Below, piece by piece: positions 19,701 to 29,027 of a stretch of DNA of 35,040 nucleotides (its first letter is position 1; each line of letters begins with the position of its first letter). Position numbers and translations under genes: made by a program. The notes below the pieces were generated by a model that worked only from the letters and a program-made list of their open reading frames with translations, was not told the origin of the DNA and made no database searches. The DNA comes from Macrostomum lignano (taxonomy: Eukaryota), in assembly GCA_002269645.1 (NCBI GenBank), contig NIVC01004786.1, forward strand, positions 1-35,040, read 5' to 3'.

Positions 19701-22141
19701 GACGGTGCTTATGATTTCATTAATAATCCCCAAAATCCCCCATTTCCCGAGCTGCACAACAGACTGTTGGGCAATTGGGCACGATTTGAGAGATTATAGC
19801 CAAATTTAGCTGATAATATTACAAAACTACTACTGCTGGCGATTATAATAAAATGCTAATTAGATAGTTGCGTCATACAAGGTTACGTAACAAGTGGGCC
19901 AATGCATCGGCCATAGTGTTTGTCACAAGCATATTTATTGAATTAGTTCACATTGCTAACTAACGGCCCTGCAACGCCCGTATTTTTAGAATATGCAATC
20001 AGGTGTACAGGTGTGGGAAATTGTACAACAATAGGCAAAATAATTAATATCCCTATGCATAAAAGTATTGTAAAGCAGGAATAAACTAATCGTATAGATA
20101 CTAGAACCATCAAATAGATTATACCGATATGTAGCGTAAACAAATTTCTACACTACCAACCTTCTAGAGCAAATTACTTGCAATTATTGAACCCATTAAC
20201 ACTATAGTATGCCATAATATCGTCTACCGATATGTAGTGTAAACAACTTTCTGCACTACTAGCCTTCTATTGACATAAAGTTGACTACCGATATGTAGCG
20301 AATATTGATTTCTACACGACTTTCAATGAAAAAGTGCAGAATGGAGAAGCAGACTACTCACTGCGCCAGGCCTCAACATTAGCGGGCTTGTGCCTGCTCA
20401 GCTCCAGAGCCTTGTCAATAACCCGATTGGCTGCCAGCACGTTGGCCCTGGCAGAATAGGGCAGCGAGAAGTCGAACACGTTGGTGCCAGTCTCGTCTTT
20501 CAACACTCGATAGGCTTTGCGCAGGATGCCTTTCCATTCGTTTGACAGCTCGCCGCTAGCTGAAGAGTCCGCGCCGCCGCCTGCGCCACCAGCTCCGCGG
20601 CCACCGCTGAAGCTGGCCTGCTGATGCTGCTGCTGCTGGTACAGCTGCTGGGACTGCGAGTGCTGATCGAAAATCAAATCGGCTTCCATCAGTACGCAAT
20701 CGTCGTCGGAATCGATAATCTCGGGCTTAATTAAAGTTGATGAAGCGGCTGCCGCAGTCGGACCGGTTGTTGCCAAGGCGCTATCTAGCAGCTTTTTACT
20801 ACTGCTACTATTGCTACTGCTATTACCAACGTTGCCAATGGTGACAGCTGCCGAGCCCACAGAGGTTCCGGGCAGGTGAGAAGCGACTGACATTGACTGA
20901 GTAACCGGCGGTGGACACTGGGAATGTAATAGTAGGATCATTTTGTGCACAATGAACTCATTGATAGGTAATGTAAGTCACGTCGTAATACACCCCTTAA
21001 AGTAATATTCTAAGAAAATCAATTTAAACTTGCAATCTATTTTTAGAATGAGTCAGATCTAATTTTAGAATGAGTCATGTGCAAACTGAAATGACTCAGA
21101 ACCCTATAGAGGACCAGCGTTTATTTGATCAAGGAACCGGATTTCAGCAGCTGTCTGCTTAACCCCATATATGGTAGTGCTCAAATATGCATGACCGCTT
21201 AATCAAACATGTGACGTAAGAAATTATCCGATCTCTAACCAGTTTTTGCCCAAAATTTTGCTATAAATTCAAGTGAAAATCCGAATCAAAAATTTTTTGA
21301 CTCGGAGCGGGCTCAAAGAATACTTCGAAGAAACAAAGAAGGCCAATATTTGAGGGATGAAATCCTGTCCTATTGATAAGCACTTACCATATTTAGTTCT
21401 TTGTTGCTAGCGTTAATAAGTTGATTAATTGAGTTCACGAGAGCCACATTTGAGAAAGGCCCCTTGTTTCTTAGGATATATTCCTAGAGGATTTATTGTT
21501 TTGATTTGAGCTATCCGTTACGTTTCAGACGTAACGAAGAAGACGCCCTTCAGGAGAACCTAAAATTACAGAAACCCAGAGAATACAATTGTTCATTTGG
21601 GCGCACGTTCTACTAGTGTTAATTCCGAGCTCAAGAACACCGTCAAGACTTCTTATTTGCTCTCGCTTTTGATTGACCCACCCACAGATAGAGTCAAGGA
21701 CTTCCGGTGGTAACAATCCCGGAGATATTTGATTTTGCATATACCTAGGCACTTGTTTCCCAGTGTCTAGAAGTGGGAGTTTTCGAGTGACTGATCACCA
21801 CTCTTAAACTCTTCAGTAATAATTATTTAAGGGCAGCCACTCACCAGCGCGTGCTCATCTGCCACATTAGCTAGCCGCTGCACAGTGGGATCCAGCACCT
21901 CCAACAGGTGGCCGTGCAGTTGGGCCACAATTTTGAAAGCCACTAACAGGTCCCGCACAGCCATGTTATCAATCAGCATTGTGGCGCTGGATATTGTGCA
22001 CTCGAACATTGTCAGCGGGGAGAAGCTGCCGCCTCCGCCTCCGCCTCCGCCTCCGCCTCCGCCGCCGCTGCCGCCGCCACCGCCACCGCCAAGCGGCTGA
22101 TGGTGCCCGGCGGCGAAGGGAGGAATGCCAACTGTTGCCAT
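16719..22141 (-). CDS. Paralogue B of the same family (~445-449 aa), with four candidate cassette exons
   Basis: Exons 22141-21845 (MATVG..polyG..FSPLTMFECTISS..EHAL|gtgagt), 20917-20362 (..IKPE..EWKGILRKAYRVLK..FDFSLPYS..ANVEAWR|gtgagt), one cassette from 19674-18276, last exon 17105-16719 (KLNRRQKSYE..YTSSDEE..VRSLPWES..). Confidence 0.87.
17191..18072. repeat. Intronic minisatellite, 42 bp unit
   Basis: GAGGAGTGACACACTAATATGGAGAGTGAAACAGTCACTGCA, ~21 copies; source of the spurious 354/366 aa ORFs. Confidence 0.95.
18276..18382 (-). CDS. Paralogue B cassette B4 (107 nt): (T)LAVKYFRYYYAKNLKYPFRNVVKNVDTQRFIRRLM
   Basis: gtttttag|CC..ATG|gtctgt; phase 1/0; donor weaker than its siblings. Confidence 0.8.
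18537..18643 (-). CDS. Paralogue B cassette B3 (107 nt): (N)AARRYFGGHYSKNLRSAYKLRKRELDTMNIVRQSL
   Basis: actgttcag|AC..CTG|gtgcgt; phase 1/0; YF...Y.KNL is shared with B4. Confidence 0.85.
18945..19303. repeat. Intronic minisatellite, 22 bp unit
   Basis: GAACAGTCGCAATCATTCCCGT, ~16 copies, starting right after the B2 donor. Confidence 0.93.
19312..19409 (-). CDS. Paralogue B cassette B2 (98 nt): (T)KSHRYLSPQYYKNWQYQHLKRHRPSFRVSASL
   Basis: ttgcttgtccag|CC..CTT|gtgagt; phase 1/0; RYL...Y.KN aligns with B3. Confidence 0.82.
19565..19674 (-). CDS. Paralogue B cassette B1 (110 nt): (N)SVYNKYLRIYYTSTLKPAQKYGFQKEKMKTSVNLFL
   Basis: tatcgcgcag|AC..CTG|gtaagc; phase 1/0; same length and first bases (ACTC) as the single exon of paralogue C. 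Confidence 0.85.
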
Positions 22142-22282
22142 GGTAAGTGTTCGAATTGCAGGTTCCGAGTTCAGGTAAGAACAGGTGAGAGAGATTGAGA
22201 CAAATTAACGAACTGGCAGTAATTGGCAAAGGTTAATTTAAGCAGATAACAAACAGATACGCGAATTGTACTACTTGTAGTA

Positions 22283-22701
22283 TAGTATTTGTCATGCTAT
22301 CTCAGCCTAGAGACATCCAAACTCAGCCAGTCCCATTCCGCAATGCGTTTTTTTGGCTCGAGCTAGTCGACTTTTACCATAGACATGCTTCTTAAGGCCA
22401 TGCTATCTCAGCCTGGGACATGCAATCTCAGCCAATATAGATTTCAATTGCAAACAGATCTCAATGCTATCATTTCTATAACGTGACATGAAATGGCAAC
22501 AAACAGCAATGAATGAACGCAGCAAGAAAATTCAGTAAGGGTACGCAACAACGCTGAGATTGCATGTCCCAGGCTGAGATAGCATGGCCTTAAGAAGCAT
22601 GTCTATGGTAAAACTTGACTGGCTTACGTAAAAAATCGCACTGTCGAGATGGGCTGGCTGAGTTTGGATGTCTCTAGGCTGAGATAGCATGACAAATACT
22701 A
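22283..22701. mobile_element. TA-flanked foldback MITE (419 bp) with long inverted arms
   Basis: TAGTATTTGTCATGCTATCTCAGCCTAGAGACATCCAAACTCAGCCAG.. inverted at both ends, plus an inner arm pair (~22372-22432 and ~22553-22612); TA at 22281-82 and 22702-03. Confidence 0.85.
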
Positions 22702-23164
22702 TAGCAAAACTAGCCAGGTGTGATATTTAATTTCATATCAATACCAACAGATAAAAAATTTTAGAAGAACTTGACAAATCAATTGACTCCCATATAATTT
22801 CACAGCACTGCAGGTTGTGTGTATTACTTTTGCAAACAATTTTAACAATAGCCATTTATATGAGCACGAGTAACCGGAAACACAAGCAAGCGCAGGCCAC
22901 GAGCAGAGAAATGCATCAAATTTTCAGTGTTCGGTTCAACACTAACGTAACAAATGATTAGTGAGGGCAAATTAATATATATAAATACAATATATATATA
23001 AGGCTACAATATATATATATATATAAGACTAACGTTTGCAAACGAAATTGCTCCACAAGAAATACTGAAAGCTTTCTATTTAAATTCAAAGATGGTGCGA
23101 TGAAGGAGGAAAAAAGCTGACAGAAGATGAGAGTAGGGAGAGACAAGTCAATTAAGAGGGGGAG

Positions 23165-23592
23165 ATAAGTGAGGAGACAGGTGAGAGGGAGGCAGGTGAG
23201 AGGTAGGCAGGTGAGGGGGAGGCAGATGAAGGGGAGGTTGGTGAGAGGGGAGGCAGGTAAGAGGGAAAGGGAGCAGGTGAGAGGGAGGCAGGTGAGAGGG
23301 AGGCAGGTGAGAGGAAGGCAGGTGAGAGGGAGGCAGGTGAGGGGGAGGCAGGTGAGGGGGGCAGGTGAGGGGGGGCAGGTCAGGGGGAGGTTGGTGAGAG
23401 GGGAGGCAGGTGAGGAGGAAGCAGGTCAGGGGGAGGCAGGTGAGGGGGAGGCAGGTGAGGGGGAGGCAGGTGAGGGGGAGGCAGGTGAGGGGGAGGCAGG
23501 TCAGGGGAGGTTGATGAGAGGGGAGGCAGGTGAGGAGGAGGCAGGTCAGGGGGAGGCAGGTGAGGGGGAGGCAGGTGAGGGTGAGGCAGGTA
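23165..23592. repeat. G-rich minisatellite, 15 bp unit (GGGGGAGGCAGGTGA)
   Basis: Tandem copies; spurious GRQVR/PPHLP ORFs. Confidence 0.9.
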
Positions 23593-23786
23593 TAGGAGGG
23601 AAGAAAACGAGGTATGAAAGGGAGAGAGGATACCGCGATAGACTAGAATGGAGATGTAGAACATAGAGTAAAAAGTAAAACGGAGAGATAAGGGAAAAGA
23701 GAGGGAGATAGTGGACGGATCGGAGAGGAAGTGGAGAGAGCAGAGATGTGAGCTAACCCCCAATATTGACTCGGGCAGCTCAGTTT

Positions 23787-26700
23787 CTAGAAGCGGAACC
23801 CAGACGCAGGATTATCAGCAGTGTCAGTCGCAGTCCTGTTGGCTGTAGTTGCGGCATCGCCCCAGCCAACCACAGCCCAGGCCTGCGGACTGTCGGGCGT
23901 CGGTCGCTGACTAATCCAGGCTGGGTGTCGCCGAACTCGCTCGAGCTCGCGCCGCTCTCTAGGATTAGCGATGACCTCGGCAAAGTGCCGATCGAGCATG
24001 GCTTTCAACCTGGCTGCCTCGGCCGACTCCCAGGACAGCCGTTTCACCCGCAGCACCGTGGAGCTGCTGTCGCCTTCATCGGCGGGCACCTCGTCATCCG
24101 AGCTGGTGTACTGAAGATCGAGTAGGGCGCGCAACCGGGCCGTGTCAACGGGGCTGAGGGCGCCGTGAGCCTGCAGATTGTCGTAGCTGCGCTGCCGCTG
24201 GCTCAGCTTCTGCGGTTGGGAGGGGGTCACAGCTGCCTTGGCTACTGTAGCGGGGGGGGTGTCACAGCTGCCTTGGCTACTGTAGCGGGGGGGTGTCACA
24301 GCTGCCTTGGCTAATGTAGCGGGAGGTCACAGCTGCCTTGGCTACTGTAACGGGGGGTCACAGCTGTCTTGGCTACTGTAGCGGGGGGTGTCACAGCTGC
24401 CTTGGCTACTGTAGCGGGGGGGTCTACAGCTGCCTTGGCTACTGTAGCGGGGGGGGGGGTCACAGCTGTCTTGGCTACTGTAGCGGGGGGTCACAGCTGC
24501 CTTGGCTACTGTAGCGGGGGGAGGTCACAGCTGTCTTGGCTACTGTAGCGGGGGGTCACAGCTGACTTGGCTACTGTAGCGAGGGGGGTCACAGCTGACT
24601 TGGCTACTGTAGCGAGGGGGGTCCCAGCTGACTTGGCTACTGTAGCGGGGGGGGTCACAGCTGCCTCACCTTGGCAGCTCGGGATGCCCAGCCGTGCCTG
24701 GGCTGGTGCTGTCGGCGATAATTTCTACGAAGAATGTCTTTGAACCAGTAGCGCATGAATGTCTCCACAAGGATGGAGTCTGCAAATAAAATCAGACAGA
24801 CAAGCGGTTGTCCTGGAGTCCGGAATTAAAGTAAAAATTACAAATATGGCTTCTGAGTCTAGATATCGATGGTCTTTGGTTTATGTGGTAGCGCTAAACA
24901 GTGCGGCTTGGAAAGGCTGCCCTCACTCTAATGGTCAATCAATGAGCCTCTACTACCCTCACGATTCACCAATGAGCCTCTACTACCCTCACGATTCACC
25001 AATGAGCCTCTACTACCCTCACGATTCACCAATGAGCCTCTACTACCCTCACGATTCACCAATGAGCCTCTACTACCCTCACGATTCACCAATGAGCCTC
25101 TACTACCCTCACGATTCACCAATGAGCCTCTACTACCCTCACGATTCACCAATGAGCCTCTACTACCCCATTATTCACCAATGAGCTTCTAGTGGCATCA
25201 CGATTCACCAATAGCCTCTATTACCCTCACGATTCACCAATGAGCCTCTACCATCCCTAAGATTCACCAATGAGCCTGTCTACCACCCCAATATTCACCA
25301 ATGAGCCTGTCTACCACCCCAATATTCACCAATGAGCCTGTCTACCACCCCACTATTCACCAATGAGCCTGTCTACTATCCCACTTTTCACCAATGGGCA
25401 TCTCTACTACCCTCACGATTCACCAATGAGCCTCTACTACCCTCACGATTCACCAATGAGCCTCTACTACCCTCACGATTCACCAATGAGCCTCTACTAC
25501 CCCATTATTCACCAATGAGCTTCTAGTGGCATCACGATTCACCAATAGCCTCTATTACCCTCACGATTCACCAATGAGCCTCTACCATCCCTAAGATTCA
25601 CCAATGAGCCTGTCTACCACCCCAATATTCACCAATGAGCCTGTCTACCACCCCACTATTCACCAATGAGCCTGTCTACTATCCCACTTTTCACCAATGG
25701 GCATCTCTACTACCCTCCCGATTCGCCAATGAGCCTGTTTACCACCCCACGATTCACTAATAATTGACTACTACCTCCACGGCCTAGCAATAAGTTACTA
25801 CTTTGGCTAGGATACTACTTAATCTATGGCTGTAATAATGAAACAAACATGACGCTCACTTTTCCACGACTCAACATCGGGCGGCGGTTGGCTAGTCATT
25901 GACACGGCCTGGTTGATAATGGCCTGGGCCGCCTTCAAATTCACTGGGGCAGAGTATCTGCGGGTGCAGTTAGCGATCTAGCGCTGCTATTACATATAAA
26001 AAGGATGCTAGCCTAGTGGTTAAAGCGTCGGACTCTCGACTTGAAGGTCGAGGGTTCGATTCCCGATCCCAATGGAACGATTTGTGTCCTTGACACCCAG
26101 CTATAAAAAATGGGTGCCAGAAAAAGCTGGGGAAATTGAGGGTGTGTGTGGCGACCCCCCCCCCCCCAGTCATACATGCGCAACTGCTGGCCGACCTGGC
26201 CACCGTAAATTGTGGTGGACCAGGGGTAAGTCGCAAAAATGCCCACCCCAAAGAATACAGACGTAGTACTAATTAGATGACGAGGCATTTAGCCCTTACA
26301 AGAGAGTCATAGTTACTCCTGCCGTTTACCCAAAATTGCGTTAATGTTGCTCTAGGGTTTCTTTCACAGGTAGGTCACATTTTTGGTCAAAAAGTAAGTC
26401 GCATGGCCAGTGTAAATCAGGGGGTTGCGCATGTATGCCCCAGTCCTTAGACTGAACAGCTGTACGCAGCCTTCAGTCCAATTCAGTCAATAGCTGCGGC
26501 TGAGCTGTCGGTTGCACACCTGGCCCAATAAGGCCGGGTGTAAATCAATTAATTAATTAAAAATCATGATGTACAACCTAAACTAAAACTGAATAATTGG
26601 GTTCTGAACTTTTACAGACATGAGACACTTGGAATTCAATATTTCAGTGCCGACAATGGCATCCACATCGAACTCAGTCCAAATTCAGTGCCATGCCTCA

Positions 26701-27456
26701 TGCCTCCAGTACGCCACAGAAAACACCCCCTGGCATTTTAACTCACGATTTAGTGAAGTCAAACAGCTCTCCGCATTGCTCTTTGATAGACCGATAGGAG
26801 CGGCGCAGCAGCTGCTTCCACCTGTCGGACAGGGCGCCACCGCCGCCAGTGGCTGATGAAGCGGCACCACCGGAAGCGCCGGCGCCAGACACGGAAGCTG
26901 TGGAGCTGGAGCCGCCTGCTCCAGTTGACAGCAGCAGCTGACTGTGGTTGCCCAGGCCAAGGGTGTTGGACTCTGACGCTTCATCCGACCACAGCATCCC
27001 GGCCGTGCCGCTGGCTCCGAATTCCTCCTGACTGGCTTCGCAGTCTGGCACCTCGTCGTCGTCGCCGCCGTTATCTTCAGCCGCTGCAGCACCGGCTTCT
27101 TCTTCCTTGATGCCAATCGATAGTATTGATTTTTGCAGGCTATGACTTTCAGACTGTTGGTTATTTAACTGGGACTCGGACTGCTTCGGGGGCTTCTGCT
27201 GCTCATCTCGCCGACCGTTGCTGCTGCCATTGTTATAGAGTTCGGCAATCTGCACCAGCCTCCCAGCCGACGGCTCCATCACTTCAACTAGGCGGCCCTG
27301 CAGTTGGCAGACAATCTTCTGCGCTAGTATGAGATCAACCAGCTCCATCGATTCTATTAGCATCTGGGCGTTGCTGATTGTGCATTCGAATAGGGCTATT
27401 GGCGAGAAGACACTATTCGAGCCTGGTGAGGTGGCAGGTAGACAGGCTGTGGCCAT
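23787..27456 (-). CDS. Paralogue C of the same family (446 aa), single copy of the cassette exon
   Basis: Exons 27456-26747 (..FSPIALFECTISN..IKEE..WKQLLRRSYRSIK..FDFTK-S|gtgagt), 25957-25860 (YSAPVNLKAAQAIINQAVSMTSQPPPDVESWK|gtgagc), 24779-24670 ((N)SILVETFMRYWFKDILRRNYRRQHQPRHGWASRAAK|gtgagg), 24209-23787 (KLSQRQRSY..YTSSDDE..VKRLSWES..). Phases are consistent. Confidence 0.88.
24222..24665. repeat. Minisatellite (~32 bp unit, variable G-run) making up almost the whole last intron of paralogue C
   Basis: GTCACAGCTGCCTTGGCTACTGTAGCGGGGGG, ~13 copies, between donor 24669 and acceptor 24210. Confidence 0.93.
24940..25760. repeat. Intronic minisatellite, 30 bp unit, with a higher-order block duplication
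   Basis: CAATGAGCCTCTACTACCCTCACGATTCAC; the variant series at ~25150-25410 recurs at ~25490-25720. Confidence 0.93.
26003..26285 (+). mobile_element. tRNA-derived SINE (3' end approximate), antisense in intron 1 of paralogue C
   Basis: Pol III A box TAGCCTAGTGG (26009-19) and B box GGTTCGATTCC (26053-63); poor anticodon stem; followed by a non-tRNA body GTGTCCTTG..CACCCAGCTATAAAAAATGGGTGCC. Confidence 0.75.
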
Positions 27457-29027
27457 TGTGATTAGGATTGTCAGCTGTCAGTCAGGCTTGTTGCTTGAAA
27501 GGAATGAGTAAATTTGACCACACAGATATGAAGTCAAAAACAAGAGCCCAAATGATCTGTACTAAAATAAGGCTGAAATGACAATTACACAAAATAAATT
27601 AAAATCATTTGAGTGGTGCAACTTCAATTTATGCTATATATGTATATGTATGCACTGTAAACCAAAACTTTTATCACAAAATGACTTTGTATACATCCCT
27701 ATTGCAGGTTTGCAGTCAAAGATCTAACTGCACTAGATAGTTCCTGAAGTGTGCTAGACAAGGCCAGTCCTCTTTCTTTGCTTATGTACTATTTGCTAGA
27801 TGCTTAGGCTTAAGCCTTAGTATTATAGCATATAGTAGCATACCAAGCATCATTTTAATCTATACTAGAGAGCTATCAAATAGGGATATTATAATTTGTT
27901 TTATTCCTTGTTAAAACAAATATTTTTTGATAGATGGGTACTCCACTTTCCTTATTTCAATAGAAAAACATTATAAGATAATTAGACAAATAAATTAATA
28001 TGATAAATTGAAAATAAGACTTAGTAATGATATACATACTCTATACTTTATATTTTAAATGAAAGTTGCTGTTTTTGGAAAAAAAATTATCTATATCACT
28101 GTCAATGCCATATCTAAAATTTTTCAAGCCTTGCCTAATTTAAAGCAAAAGTCTTAATGACCAAAATAATAATCTATTATCTACCTATTATTTATAGACA
28201 CATAAAAAACTAACATTAATACTATGTTTGGATTAATACTATCTTTGATATGTTGGCAAAGTAATGTTTTGATAAAGTATTGTAACATTTTAGCAAATTC
28301 AAAAATGGCATACTATAACATATATAGAAGAACAACTGCTTAACTACAATATTTGTGTTACCCTTCCCTTAGAATTGAAGACTTGCAGCAGACAAAATAA
28401 GTAATGCAGATTCAAAGTAATACATTGCACTAAATTTTCTAGCTTAAAGTGCACAAATTTAAATGCAGACAAATGGTTAACCTGGCAGTGTGGCTATCTA
28501 TTTTTGAAAACTACCTTAACATCAAAAATAGCAAATAAGAAACAGCTTTACTTTACAAATAAAAAAGAATATTAAAAATAACAAAGAAGTAAAATTAACA
28601 AATAGATAACAAGCCTAAACTGCATTTTAACAAAATGAAAAAATAAAGTTATGATTTTAACAGTCTTAATTGCCACTAGGTAGTAAAAATTCTTTTATTG
28701 CAAGTTCAAAAATTATTAAAATATGTAATCTGAATTAAAATATCATTGAAATAAGTCTTTAAAAATGATTTTGCCAAAACATTACAATACAATAGGCCTT
28801 ACTTTGCCAAAACATTATTTTGCCAAAATGTTGTGTAGCCATATGATACACTTTTTGCTATCAAGTCTATCTATTAGATTTGTCCTAAAAAGGATTATAT
28901 TTAATTTAATACAATTAAGGCACTATAAATTAATAAAGATTGGTAACAAAAAGAATTAGGTTAGGGCCTAGGTTAGGAAATTTATATTATAAAAGTAGAA
29001 TAGAATATAGCAACCATAGTCTATAGA

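Noticed and set aside
19308-19757. 149 aa minus-strand ORF
   Set aside because: No recognisable motif; the meaningful content is cassettes B1 and B2 in other frames.
19943-20143. YSKNT motif resembling the cassette YSKNL
   Set aside because: No phase-1 AG acceptor or in-frame donor; AT-rich region with a short local repeat (TACCGATATGTAG x3); probably chance.
21525-21752. 75 aa ORF in intron 1 of paralogue B
   Set aside because: No motif, no usable splice sites and AT-rich codon usage unlike the host gene.
24781-24940. Second cassette in paralogue C (GTAATT donor at 24840)
   Set aside because: Every phase-1 acceptor upstream runs into a stop codon; no homology.
6074-25760. Regular 22-42 bp repeats as CRISPR arrays
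   Set aside because: Units are directly adjacent with no unique spacers, the context is eukaryotic and there are no cas genes.
26003-26075. Functional tRNA gene
   Set aside because: Anticodon and acceptor stems pair poorly, there is no poly-T terminator, and the sequence continues into a SINE-like body.
28765-28975. ATTTTGCCAAAA repeats and TTAGGTTAGGG telomere-like motifs
   Set aside because: Only a few imperfect copies; likely a transposon subterminal remnant, not an interstitial telomere.
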